Source: Acidobacteriota bacterium (GTDB lineage Bacteria; Acidobacteriota; UBA6911; JACQSX01). Taken from it: a stretch of DNA of 32,480 nucleotides. The DNA lies in assembly GCA_036507075.1 (NCBI GenBank), contig DASXQR010000143.1, positions 1-32,480 on the forward strand. The letters run 5' to 3'. The position numbers were made by a program, and so were the translations under genes. Below are positions 17,068 to 26,118 of this stretch, in pieces. Numbering within the stretch: position 1 is the stretch's first letter; each line of letters begins with the position of its first letter. The notes below the pieces were generated by a model. That model did not search any database. It was not told where the DNA came from and saw only the letters and a program-made list of their open reading frames with translations.

Positions 17068-18039
17068 ATGAATCTGGTCACCAAGGTGTTGAACCGGGAC
17101 CCGCGCGCGATTGCCAAGGCCATTTCGGCTGTAGAGAATGGATCGACAGAAGCGGTGGAGCTGCTCAAATCACTTTTTCCGCACTCCGGCCGGAGTTATA
17201 CGATCGGCGTTACTGGAGCACCCGGGACGGGAAAGAGTTCACTCGTCGATCGCCTGGCACAGGAATATCGGGATCGAGGCATGACCGTGGGAATCATCGC
17301 CGTGGATCCCACCAGCCCTTTCAGCGGAGGAGCGATTCTGGGAGACCGGATCCGGATGCAGGCTCGCAGCACCGATCCGGGAATTTTCATTCGCAGCATG
17401 GCGACGCGCGGCAAGCTGGGCGGTCTGAGCAGCGCCACCGACGACGTAGTCTTGATTCTCGATGCGGCCGGCTATGATCGCATTTTGATTGAGACGGTGG
17501 GCGTCGGCCAGGATGAAGTGGATATAATCCGCACTGCCGACGCGACGCTGGTGGTACTGGTTCCCGGCCTGGGGGATGAAGTCCAGGCGATCAAGGCCGG
17601 CATAATGGAGATTGGCGACATTTTCGTGCTGAACAAATCGGACCGCGATGGAACGGCGCGGCTGGAGCAGGACCTGCATTCACTGCTGGGCGCGGCCCAG
17701 CGGTCAGATGGCTGGCAGGTGCCGATAGTAAAGACTGTCGCCATCGAGGGGACAGGCACCAGGGAACTGGCGGACAGCATCGAAAGCTACCGGGGTCGTT
17801 CCAAAGACCGCGAATCCGGGCTGAGACTGGAGCGCGAATCCCATAAATTGATGGCGCTGCTGCTTCGCCGGCTGGGGGAAAAAATGGAAGATTTTCTCTC
17901 CCCGGAGCGTATCCGTAGACTTGCGTTGGAAATCATGGAGAAGAAGCGGGATCCTTACAGCATCACCGACGAGATTTTGGATAAGGTGCAACTCGGAAAG
18001 GGGCGCCGCGAAGACGCGAAGAGCGCGAAGAAAATATGA
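17068..18039 (+). CDS. meaB: Methylmalonyl-CoA mutase-associated GTPase (MeaB/ArgK)
   Basis: GVTGAPGTGKSS, AVDPTSPFSGGAILGDRIRM, ETVGVGQDE, QAIKAGIMEIGD and NKSD. Confidence 0.95.
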   Translation: MNLVTKVLNRDPRAIAKAISAVENGSTEAVELLKSLFPHSGRSYTIGVTGAPGTGKSSLVDRLAQEYRDRGMTVGIIAVDPTSPFSGGAILGDRIRMQARSTDPGIFIRSMATRGKLGGLSSATDDVVLILDAAGYDRILIETVGVGQDEVDIIRTADATLVVLVPGLGDEVQAIKAGIMEIGDIFVLNKSDRDGTARLEQDLHSLLGAAQRSDGWQVPIVKTVAIEGTGTRELADSIESYRGRSKDRESGLRLERESHKLMALLLRRLGEKMEDFLSPERIRRLALEIMEKKRDPYSITDEILDKVQLGKGRREDAKSAKKI

Positions 18040-18443
18040 TCAAAAAAATTGGACACCTGGGTTTTGCCACGCGCTCGATCGGCGTGTCGATGGAATTCTT
18101 CAAGAACGCGCTGGGTCTGGAACTGGACGGCATGGAAACGGTGGACGATCAGAAGGTGAAGGTGGCAATGTTGAAAGTGGGCGATACTCACATCGAATTG
18201 ATCGAACCTACCGCCGAGGACTCTCCCGTTGGGCGATTTCTGCAGAAGCACGGGGAAGGATTTCACCACATCACCTTCGAAGTGGATGATTTGGATGCTG
18301 AGATGGAGCGGCTGAAGGAATTGAATGTAAAGCTGATCAACGGCAAACCGCGCGCAGGGGCGCACGGGAGACGAATTGTGTTCATTCATCCGGACTCGAC
18401 GGGCGGGATATTGATTGAATTGACGGAGATGGAGAAAAAATGA
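18036..18443 (+). CDS. mce: Methylmalonyl-CoA epimerase (VOC family)
   Basis: IGHLG, IELIEP, FLQKHGEGFHHI, GAHG and FIHPDSTGGILIEL; ATGA-coupled to meaB. Confidence 0.93.
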   Translation: MIKKIGHLGFATRSIGVSMEFFKNALGLELDGMETVDDQKVKVAMLKVGDTHIELIEPTAEDSPVGRFLQKHGEGFHHITFEVDDLDAEMERLKELNVKLINGKPRAGAHGRRIVFIHPDSTGGILIELTEMEKK

Positions 18444-18486
18444 ATTCACCACAGAGGCGAAGTCCGTAGACCGCACCAAAGCCGTC

Positions 18487-18594
18487 TCGAATGCGGATTT
18501 CGGAATGCGGAATGCGGAATAGAGTGATCAGGTCTCACTTTGAAAACTTAGGTTGTTATATTCCGCATTCCGCATTCCGAAATCCGCATTTTGA
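18487..18594. repeat. Family A inverted (ATGCGGA)n hairpin, copy 3
   Basis: tcgaatgcggatttcggaatgcggaatgcggaata ... tattccgcattccgcattccgaaatccgcattttga; flanked by accgcaccaa / ttggttgcgacc. Confidence 0.9.
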
Positions 18595-18633
18595 GTTGGT
18601 TGCGACCAAAGTGCACACCTGATGATTCAAGTT

Positions 18634-19500
18634 ATGTCCACCCAGCCACACGTGATTCTTGGACCCCGCACGATTCATCTCGGTAATTGGAAACTTCACC
18701 TGGTCAGCGACGGGCGATTCTGGCTCGATGGGGGCGCCATGTTCGGCGTGATTCCCAAGCCGCTTTGGTCGCGCGTGATTGCCTGCGACGAGCGGAATCG
18801 AATTCCACTGGGCCTCAATTGTCTGTTGATCCAGACAGGAGAGAGCAACATCCTGGTGGATACCGGGATTGGCACCAAGGAGGACGCAAAAGCCAAAGAG
18901 ATCTACCGTATGGAACCGGCTGGAATCCTGATGGAGCAACTGGCCGCGGTAGGAGTTTCCCCTGGCGACATAGACTGGGTGATCAACACGCATCTGCATT
19001 TCGACCATTGCGGCGGAAACACGGCCAGGGTCGGCAACACCGAAAGACCGGCGTTTCCCAACGCGACTTTCTTTGTTCAGGCGGGCGAGATGCACGATGC
19101 CCGCAATTCAAACGAGCGCAACCGCGCAAGTTACCTGCCGCGAAACTGGGAAAGCATTGGCAGCAAATGGGAACTGCTTCAAGGAGATGTAAACCTGGCT
19201 CGCGGCATTTCAGTTTTTGAGACGCCGGGACATACGGCGCACCATCAGTCGGTGCGCGTGGAAAAGGATGGAAAAACTGTGGTGTTTCTGGCTGACGTGA
19301 TGCCGACGATTCACCATATCAGCCTGCCCTGGATCATGGGTTATGACCTGTATCCGATGACAACACTGGAGAGCAAGCGAAAATTGCTGCCCCGAATGGT
19401 CGACGAAAACTGGCTTCTGATTTTTGAGCACGAAGCGTTCAAGCCTGTGGGAAGAGTGGTAAAGGACGCCGGGAAGCATGTCTTTGTGGAAGAACTTTGA
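18634..19500 (+). CDS. YtnP-like MBL-fold metallo-hydrolase (ATG at 18622 is an alternative start)
   Basis: LDGGAMFGVIPKPLW, VDTGIG, THLHFDHCGG, TPGHTAHHQ and WIMGYDLYP. Confidence 0.92.
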   Translation: MSTQPHVILGPRTIHLGNWKLHLVSDGRFWLDGGAMFGVIPKPLWSRVIACDERNRIPLGLNCLLIQTGESNILVDTGIGTKEDAKAKEIYRMEPAGILMEQLAAVGVSPGDIDWVINTHLHFDHCGGNTARVGNTERPAFPNATFFVQAGEMHDARNSNERNRASYLPRNWESIGSKWELLQGDVNLARGISVFETPGHTAHHQSVRVEKDGKTVVFLADVMPTIHHISLPWIMGYDLYPMTTLESKRKLLPRMVDENWLLIFEHEAFKPVGRVVKDAGKHVFVEEL

Positions 19501-19509
19501 ATAGGTTTT

Positions 19510-19568
19510 CACCACCAAGACACAAAGGGCACAAAGTTGAATTTTGTGTCCTTTCTGTCTTGGTGGTG
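19510..19568. repeat. Family B inverted hairpin
   Basis: caccaccaagacacaaagggcacaaa ... tttgtgtcctttctgtcttggtggtg. Confidence 0.85.
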
Positions 19569-19593
19569 GTCAAGGGCTTTGTGGCAAAAAAAG

Positions 19594-20562
19594 ATGATCC
19601 TTGCGGGTGATATCGGCGGGACGAAGGTCAATCTTGGTTTTTTTGATCAGCACGGAGCCGAGCTGAAGCTCCTGGCTGCTACCACTTTTTCCGCACACCG
19701 CTATTCATGTCTGGAGGATGTGGTGCGTGACTTTGTCTCGCAGCCTCGACGTCCCGTTACTCACGCCTGTTTTGCCGTCGCCGGGCCGGTCAGGGAAGGT
19801 CGCAGTCATACGACCAATCTGCCATGGGAAATCGACTCGGGTTCCTTAAAGGAGGTTTTGCAGCTTCCAAAGGTCGATCTGATCAACGACCTGGAAGCGA
19901 CCGCGTACGGCATTGCACTGCTCGGCCCCGAATCGCTGCTCTGCCTCAATCCCGGGAAGCAGGTACCGGGGAATCGCGTGGTAATTGCAGCGGGCACCGG
20001 CCTGGGCGAGGGCACTCTTTACTGGAATGGAAACGAGCACGTGCCTTCTCCTTCTGAAGGCGGGCATACCGAGTTCGGCCCGCGTAATGATCTGGAAATC
20101 GAGCTGCTCCACTATCTGTTAAAGAAATTCGATCACGTCAGCTACGAACGCGTTGTCTCCGGCCCCGGACTACGGACGATTTACGAGTTCCTGCGCGACA
20201 CCGGGCAGGGCAAGGAACCTTCGTGGCTGGCAGAGGAAATGGAGGACGGAGACGTCACCGCGTCCGTTTCCAGAGCGGCGCTGGAAGGAAAGAGCCAGCT
20301 CGCGGTGGACGCGCTCGATTTATTTGCTTCCATTTATGGCGCCGAAGCCGGCAATCTGGCGCTCAAGTGCCTGGCGCTGGGCGGCGTCTATGTGGGCGGC
20401 GGTATCGCTCCGAAGATTCAGAAAAAGCTCATCGACGGTTCGTTCATGAACGCATTCGCGGATAAAGGCCGATTCCGGGAACTGATGCAGACCATACCGG
20501 TGCAGGTGATCCTGGATGAAAAAACCGCGCTCAAAGGCGCCGCCCGCCGGGCTGTTCTCTAA
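19594..20562 (+). CDS. glk: Glucokinase (E. coli Glk type)
   Basis: MILAGDIGGT, AVAGPV, TNLPW, LINDLEA, GTGLG, SEGGH, SYERVVSGPGL and GGVYVGGGIAPKI. Confidence 0.95.
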   Translation: MILAGDIGGTKVNLGFFDQHGAELKLLAATTFSAHRYSCLEDVVRDFVSQPRRPVTHACFAVAGPVREGRSHTTNLPWEIDSGSLKEVLQLPKVDLINDLEATAYGIALLGPESLLCLNPGKQVPGNRVVIAAGTGLGEGTLYWNGNEHVPSPSEGGHTEFGPRNDLEIELLHYLLKKFDHVSYERVVSGPGLRTIYEFLRDTGQGKEPSWLAEEMEDGDVTASVSRAALEGKSQLAVDALDLFASIYGAEAGNLALKCLALGGVYVGGGIAPKIQKKLIDGSFMNAFADKGRFRELMQTIPVQVILDEKTALKGAARRAVL

Positions 20563-20840
20563 GAGCGGGGGAGCGGGGGAGTATTGCTGACATCCGGACC
20601 ACGCGCGTAAGCCCGGATTATTCACAAACTCATTGCCACGAAGACACGAAGACAGGAAAGAACATCATTTAGCCTGAAGTGGCGCTTCTTAATTAATCTT
20701 TGTGGCTGTTGCAGGAGTGTTACTTCTAATTGACGGTTAACAACTTCGTGTCTTCGTGTCTTCGTGGCTTTATGGCTTTATGGCTTTGGCAATATTCCCC
20801 CAATCCTTCACTCTCCCACTCTCCCACTCTCCCGCTCTCC
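20563..20840. repeat. Nested repeat between convergent glk and pgl: family C arms, a REP-like half copy and family B (CACGAAGA) arms
   Basis: 20569-20612 matches 14290-14333 at 39/44 nt; gccacgaagacacgaaga (20635-) versus tcttcgtgtcttcgtggc (-20768); CTCTCCCA octamers at 20811-20840. Confidence 0.85.
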
Positions 20841-20857
20841 GGCTCCTCGCTGTCCCG

Positions 20858-21592
20858 CTACGGTCCCTTGGTAAGCTCGGCGGCGGCTGTGCGATCGACA
20901 AGCCACGTCAACCGGCCTTCCGGGTGAACCGACTGGGAGGGGTACAACGCCGGATCTGGCGCGCCTTCCAGCACCTGCTTCAGCGCGAAAGCCTTCGCCC
21001 CGCCAGCCACCAGAAAAATCACATGACGCGCGCGATTTATTACCGGGAAAGTAAGCGTGATTCGATCGGTGTTGAGCTTCTCCACGCGATTTTTGACCAC
21101 CCATCTTCTGCTTTCCTGAAGCGCGGCTGTCCGTGGAAACAGGGAGGCGGTATGACCATCATCTCCCATCCCGAGGAAGATCAGATCGAAGACCGGAAAG
21201 CCTTCCGGCTGGGAGAAAAAATCGCGCAACTGCGATTCGTATTCCGATGCGGCAAGGTCGGAAGGAAGCTCGGCAGGCATCCGGTGCACATTCGCCGGAG
21301 GAACAGGAACCCTCAGCAGCAGACTTTCGCGCGCCATGCGGTAGTTGCTTTCCGGATGATCAGGAGGAACAGGGCGCTCGTCTCCAAAGAAAATGAAGAC
21401 GCGGGTCCAGTCCAGCTTTGTAGCGAACCTGGAGGCGATCTGGTGGTTGACGGCGCGGGGAGTGCTTCCGCCGGAAAGCGCCACCGTAAAACGCGCGCGC
21501 TGCTCGATCGCTTCCTGCGCGATGGTAAAGAAAAGCTGTGCCGCTTTCTCGGCAAGCTCCACTGGGCCGGAGGTGATTATAATTTCTGTCAA
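20858..21592 (-). CDS. pgl: 6-phosphogluconolactonase
   Basis: ALSGGSTP, FFGDERPVPPDHPESNY, LGMGDDGHTASLFP and RITLTFP. Confidence 0.95.
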   Translation of the reverse strand: MTEIIITSGPVELAEKAAQLFFTIAQEAIEQRARFTVALSGGSTPRAVNHQIASRFATKLDWTRVFIFFGDERPVPPDHPESNYRMARESLLLRVPVPPANVHRMPAELPSDLAASEYESQLRDFFSQPEGFPVFDLIFLGMGDDGHTASLFPRTAALQESRRWVVKNRVEKLNTDRITLTFPVINRARHVIFLVAGGAKAFALKQVLEGAPDPALYPSQSVHPEGRLTWLVDRTAAAELTKGP

Positions 21593-21633
21593 GTCGCGAT
21601 TGAATTTTCTTGGTGCCTTGATAATTCAAGAAA

Positions 21634-21768
21634 GTTACGGGTTGCCGGGTTACGGGTTCCATGATTCGGCACATGGCAGATCGTCACTCGAAACCCGAAA
21701 CCCGGAACTCGAAACCCGGAACCCGATAACCCGGAACCCGATAACCCGGAACCCGATAACCCGTAACC
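21634..21768. repeat. AACCCG-type 7/8-mer arrays, including three perfect 15-mers CCGGAACCCGATAAC (21716-21760), with an inverted arm at 21634-21660
   Basis: Read directly between opcA and pgl. Confidence 0.9.
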
Positions 21769-21798
21769 TGGCGGTGTCAAAGACATCGTATAGAAGGC

Positions 21799-22941
21799 CT
21801 ACGCCAGATACGACGCCATCAGCAGGGTTTCCTCGTAGACCCGATCCCTGTCAAGCAGCTCCAGCTCGCCGCGCAGGATTTCGGGAAGGTCCAGTTTGGA
21901 GAGTTTTGTCGTCCGCGTCATGGTCGGAAGACCGGGCAAAGTCACCGAGGCTTGCGCAAAGCTGCCAAAGGAGGCTCGCTCGGCGACGAAGGTCGCGCCG
22001 TCCGACGTGTTCAAGCCAATACTTCCGACTGCCGATTGCTCTCCCTCCACGGGACTTAATGTGACCGATACGGTCACCTTACGGCCCGCGGCGCTGAAGC
22101 CGGCCTCGTACCGGTTGCCGTCTTTTAGAATCTCTCCCAGCGGCTTCCATCCCAGCCGGCTTGCCAGCCACGCGATCAGCAGCAGCGGCCGGACAGGGAA
22201 GGGCAGCACACCCGACTTTCTCGAGTCACGCGCCGCCTGGGATGTGAAGTACTCGATATCGACACTGATGAGATTCTGCAGGTGGGAGCGATACAGGCGA
22301 CTGTCATAGAACTGCGCCAGCACGGCCCGCCACCGGCTGAGGCGTCCCCAGTTCAGGTCGCTCACCGCCAGATCAATCGGCCGGCTGCGCCTGGAAACGA
22401 ACTCGACCAGCTTGTCAAAATCCACCCGGTTAAAAAGGTCGGAATCAACAATCAGACGGTCCGCAACGTTAGTGAGCTTCTGAAAAGTCGGATGATCAAA
22501 ATCGGGATGATGGTTCCACCAGAGAAACATCGGGATATCGGGAATGATCAGAGGATGTGCCGCAGAATGCAGCACTGACCTGCGCCCGGGACCTGCATGC
22601 AGGATGATCTGTTCACCGCAAAGTTTTCGCCGGGATTGGGAAGACAGAAAACAGAGCAGCTTGGCGTAGGCCGACAACTCGTTTTCCGGAGCCGTATCGT
22701 CATCGAGCAGAAGGATCGACCGATTGGGACAGAATTGAGCCACTTGATCCAGCGCGGCGCTGACTTCGGGGAGTCTTGATCTATCTGACAGATAAACCAG
22801 CAGCGTGAGCGCGCAGGCTCGCAGCACCGGCTCGGCGCTCTGCTCTCCCGAGTGCGCCAGGCCGCCCCAGATAGAGCGCAGTTCCCTATCGGCTCGCTGA
22901 ATATCAATAGGCTGTGCCCCGGCAATATCCAATTCGCTCAA
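21799..22941 (-). CDS. opcA: Glucose-6-phosphate dehydrogenase assembly protein OpcA
   Basis: RACALTLLV, PNRSILL, CGEQIIL, PLIIPDIPMFLWW, DRLIVDS, DLNWGRLSRWR and WLASRLGW. TTG start overlaps the zwf stop, with a GGAGGAG SD. Confidence 0.88.
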   Translation of the reverse strand: MSELDIAGAQPIDIQRADRELRSIWGGLAHSGEQSAEPVLRACALTLLVYLSDRSRLPEVSAALDQVAQFCPNRSILLLDDDTAPENELSAYAKLLCFLSSQSRRKLCGEQIILHAGPGRRSVLHSAAHPLIIPDIPMFLWWNHHPDFDHPTFQKLTNVADRLIVDSDLFNRVDFDKLVEFVSRRSRPIDLAVSDLNWGRLSRWRAVLAQFYDSRLYRSHLQNLISVDIEYFTSQAARDSRKSGVLPFPVRPLLLIAWLASRLGWKPLGEILKDGNRYEAGFSAAGRKVTVSVTLSPVEGEQSAVGSIGLNTSDGATFVAERASFGSFAQASVTLPGLPTMTRTTKLSKLDLPEILRGELELLDRDRVYEETLLMASYLA

Positions 22942-24491
22942 CTTCTCCTCCAGCGTCTGCCGTCGCGCTCGATCAGAGCATTGGCCTCCGCAGGCCCCCA
23001 CGTTCCGGCTTCGTACTGGGGAAGCGACCGCAACCCCTGCTGCCGCCACCCCTGCAGGATTTTTGTGATGAACTCCCAGGTCGTCTCCAGCCCGTCGCGC
23101 CGCGTGAAAAGAGTGGAATCCCCCAGCATGCAGTCCAGAAGCAAGCGTTCATAGGCTTCCGAGAGCTCCACTCCGAACGAACTGCCGTAGCGAAAATCGA
23201 GTGTGACGGGGCGAATGCGAACGCGCTGGCCCGGGATCTTGACTTCTATGCGGATGGAAATGCCCTCGTCCGGCTGGATGCGCAGCACCAGGAGATTCGG
23301 TTCGAGCGTCCCGGCCGTCTTTTCGTTGAAGAGGGGTACGGGCGGCTTTTTGAACTCAATGGCGACTTCAGTAATGCGGCGCGGCATCGACTTGCCCGAA
23401 CGAATATAGAAAGGCACGCCGCCCCAGCGCCAGTTGTCGACAAAAAATCTGATTGCCGCGTAGGTCTCGGTAGTGGAATTCGGGTTCACGCCCGGCTCCT
23501 GGAGATATCCCTTCACCTTTTTTCCCCCGATCGATCCTTCCGCATACTGGGCGCGCACGGTGTTCTCCGCTACTGCAGAAGGTTCGATGGGCCGGATTGC
23601 CTTGAATACCTTCACCTTTTCATCCCGCACCGCGTCAGCGCCGAATTCCGCCGGCGGTTCCATGGCGATGAGCGCGAATACCTGGAGCATGTGATTTTGG
23701 ATCATGTCCCGCAGGGCGCCGGTCTTGTCATAGTATCCTGCGCGCGATCCCACACCCACTTCTTCGGCTGCCGTGATCTGTACATGATCGATGTAGTTGC
23801 GGTTCCAAACCGGCTCGAACATTCCGTTTGAGAATCGAAACACGGAAATATTCTGCACCGTTTCCTTGCCCAGGTAGTGGTCGATTCGATAAACCTGCTC
23901 CTCGGTGAACACCGCCGCCACTCTGCGATTCAACTCCCGCGCGCTTTCCAGGTCTTCACCGAAAGGTTTCTCAATGATGATCCGCTTCCATCCATGACCG
24001 CTGGCATCAGGCCGGTTCATGCCTGCCCGTCCCAGACCTTCGATAATCGGGATGTAGGCTTCCGGGGGAGTCGCCAGATAATAAATGTGATTACCCTGCG
24101 TGCCGCGCTGCTGATCTACCGAGGCGAGAGCAGCGTTCAATTTGGCGTAGGTCTGGTCTTCATTAAAATCGGTCGTAAGGTAGCTGAGCCGAGGCGCGAA
24201 TGTTTCCCAGACTTGCGGCTCAAGTTTGGTGCGGGAAAACTCTTCCACCGCCTGGCGCATTTCCTGGCGAAAGACCTCGTCGGTTTTTGCCGTGCGGGCC
24301 GTCCCGATCACGGCGAAAGCCGACGAAAGTCGCTGATCACGCATCAGGTTGTAGAGCGCAGGAATGAGTTTACGCCGTGTCAGGTCGCCGGAAGCTCCGA
24401 AGATCACCATGGCGCACGGTCCTGCGGCAGGTTCCAGCCGCATTCCTTCACGCAGCGGATTGTTTTGAGCAAGCTCCTGAGGAGTGGCCAT
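22938..24491 (-). CDS. zwf: Glucose-6-phosphate 1-dehydrogenase
   Basis: FGASGDL, EKPFG, YRIDHYLGKETVQN, DMIQNH and AYERLL. Confidence 0.97.
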   Translation of the reverse strand: MATPQELAQNNPLREGMRLEPAAGPCAMVIFGASGDLTRRKLIPALYNLMRDQRLSSAFAVIGTARTAKTDEVFRQEMRQAVEEFSRTKLEPQVWETFAPRLSYLTTDFNEDQTYAKLNAALASVDQQRGTQGNHIYYLATPPEAYIPIIEGLGRAGMNRPDASGHGWKRIIIEKPFGEDLESARELNRRVAAVFTEEQVYRIDHYLGKETVQNISVFRFSNGMFEPVWNRNYIDHVQITAAEEVGVGSRAGYYDKTGALRDMIQNHMLQVFALIAMEPPAEFGADAVRDEKVKVFKAIRPIEPSAVAENTVRAQYAEGSIGGKKVKGYLQEPGVNPNSTTETYAAIRFFVDNWRWGGVPFYIRSGKSMPRRITEVAIEFKKPPVPLFNEKTAGTLEPNLLVLRIQPDEGISIRIEVKIPGQRVRIRPVTLDFRYGSSFGVELSEAYERLLLDCMLGDSTLFTRRDGLETTWEFITKILQGWRQQGLRSLPQYEAGTWGPAEANALIERDGRRWRRS

Positions 24492-24494
24492 AGT

Positions 24495-25391
24495 TCACTT
24501 CGTTTTGACGGCGTGCCCGCCAAACTCTCTGCGCAGCGATGCCAGAAGTCTGTGGGAAAAGGCATCGGGCTGGCGGGAATAGTAACGTGCGAACAGCGAG
24601 AGTGTAATGACAGGGGCGGGGATTCCTTCCTGCATTGCTTCCAGAATGGTCCAGCGACCTTCGCCGGAATCCTCAACGAAGCCTTTGATCTTTTCCAGCC
24701 GCGGATCCTTTTCAAAAATGATTGCTACCAGTTCCAGCAGCCAGGATCGGATCACGCTTGCATGGTTCCACAAGTCCGCTACCCGATGAAGATCGAAATT
24801 GAAGCCGGAACCCTGAAGAATATGGAAGCCTTCACTGTAGGCCTGCATCAGCCCGTACTCGATTCCGTTGTGGACCATCTTGGCGAAATGTCCCGCGCCC
24901 GGGCCTCCGACGCGGGCGTAGCCGCCGGGGGGCGCGAGAGATTTCAAAACCGGCTCGACGTAACGGTACCCGGCCTCATCGCCGCCGACCATGAGGCAAT
25001 AACCGTATTGCAGGCCCCAGATTCCGCCGCTGGTGCCCACATCCAGGAGCCGCATCCCTTTCCGTGCCAGGCTTTCATGGCGGCGCAAGGAGTCATGGAA
25101 ATTGGAGTTGCCGCCGTCGATGATGATGTCGCCGGCGTTCATTCCCGAGGCCAGCCGCTCGATGGTTTCGTCCACCGGCTTGCCGGAAGGGACCATGATC
25201 CAGATTGCCCGCGGCGGCGCGAGCAGTGCGAGCATTTCCGAAGGGTCGCCGACCACGCGCGCCCCTTTGTCTGCAGCGGCGCGGCCCGCCTCCGGGTTCG
25301 GATCATAAGCGACCGTCTCGTGCTTGTCGCGGAGCAGGCGCTCGACCATGCTTCCGCCCATTCGCCCCAAACCGATGAAGCCAATCTGCAT
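24495..25391 (-). CDS. gnd: Decarboxylating 6-phosphogluconate dehydrogenase (short YqeC type)
   Basis: GLGRMG, IDGGNS, DVGTSGG, KMVHNGIEYG, DSGEGRWT and FGGH. Confidence 0.95.
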   Translation of the reverse strand: MQIGFIGLGRMGGSMVERLLRDKHETVAYDPNPEAGRAAADKGARVVGDPSEMLALLAPPRAIWIMVPSGKPVDETIERLASGMNAGDIIIDGGNSNFHDSLRRHESLARKGMRLLDVGTSGGIWGLQYGYCLMVGGDEAGYRYVEPVLKSLAPPGGYARVGGPGAGHFAKMVHNGIEYGLMQAYSEGFHILQGSGFNFDLHRVADLWNHASVIRSWLLELVAIIFEKDPRLEKIKGFVEDSGEGRWTILEAMQEGIPAPVITLSLFARYYSRQPDAFSHRLLASLRREFGGHAVKTK

Positions 25392-25568
25392 CAGGAATTC
25401 CAACTTACATTAGAAAACAGACCGTAAACTTGTATCACTTGCATCCCGGCCAGCAAAAGTATTTAAATGAAGCGTCCAAAAGGCTGATGGATTCGTAGAA
25501 ATAGAGGCCCCGACAAAACCAGACAGCATCCGATACTGGGCCGGGATGCATAAAAGGGAGAACTCACT

Positions 25569-25904
25569 ATGAAGAGAAATATCGCAATCTCGCTGCTGCT
25601 CATTTTGGCCGTTGCCGGTGTCGCATTGGCAAAGCAAGGCGCCTGGACCGGTGTGGTCAGTGACGTTAAGTGCGGCGCCAAGAAGCACGATGCCGCCTGC
25701 GTCACCAAGTGTATGTCTGGCGGTCAAAAGGCGGCGCTGGTCGTGGGCAAGAATGTTTACACAATCACCAACGGCGATACGGTCAAAGGTCATGAAGGCC
25801 ACAAAGTCAAGGTGACCGGAAATCTGGATGCCGCGAAAAAAGAAATTACTGTTGCCAAACTGGAAATGGTCGCTGCCGCCAAACCTGCCGCCAAAAAGCA
25901 GTAG
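25569..25904 (+). CDS. Small secreted hypothetical protein with a C-x4-H-x3-C-x3-C motif (possibly DUF5818-like/OB fold)
   Basis: Signal peptide MKRNIAISLLLILAVAGVALA; SDVKCGAKKHDAACVTKC; KVKVTG; AGGGAG SD. Confidence 0.8.
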   Translation: MKRNIAISLLLILAVAGVALAKQGAWTGVVSDVKCGAKKHDAACVTKCMSGGQKAALVVGKNVYTITNGDTVKGHEGHKVKVTGNLDAAKKEITVAKLEMVAAAKPAAKKQ

Positions 25905-25916
25905 TTCCCGGTTAAT

Positions 25917-26071
25917 ACCACAAAGGCACCAAGTCACCAAGTCAGACGAGGGGCAGGGAGAGGTCCCGGTGCCGGGTCTGCAGATTTGCCATTCCATTCA
26001 AATTTGCAGACCGGCACCGGGACCCTCTCCCTGCCCCTCGTCTCGCTTGGTGCCTTGGTGTCTTTGTGGTA
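25917..26071. repeat. Nested palindrome: family B arms enclosing a ~45-bp-stem GC-rich inverted repeat
   Basis: agacgaggggcagggagaggtcccggtgccgggtctgcagatttg (25944-25988) versus caaatttgcagaccggcaccgggaccctctccctgcccctcgtct (25999-26043); outer accacaaaggcaccaag / cttggtgtctttgtggt. Confidence 0.9.
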
Positions 26072-26118
26072 AAAAATCGCAACCCGCAAACTCGCCTAAA
26101 GCGCGATGAGGAGTGAAG

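Noticed and set aside
18634..19500. Calling either MBL-fold protein a beta-lactamase or quorum-quenching lactonase
   Set aside because: Only the generic HxHxDH fold motifs are visible; substrate cannot be assigned from sequence.
21688..21768. CRISPR array (here or at other repeat blocks)
   Set aside because: Units are 7-15 nt in direct tandem with no unique spacers, and there are no cas genes.
22914..25427. Long antisense ORFs (22914-23831, 23877-25427; likewise 13360-14499, 15700-16737, 20756-21664, 28516-29487)
   Set aside because: They are shadows of well-supported genes on the opposite strand, as expected from GC-rich codon bias, and carry no recognisable motifs.
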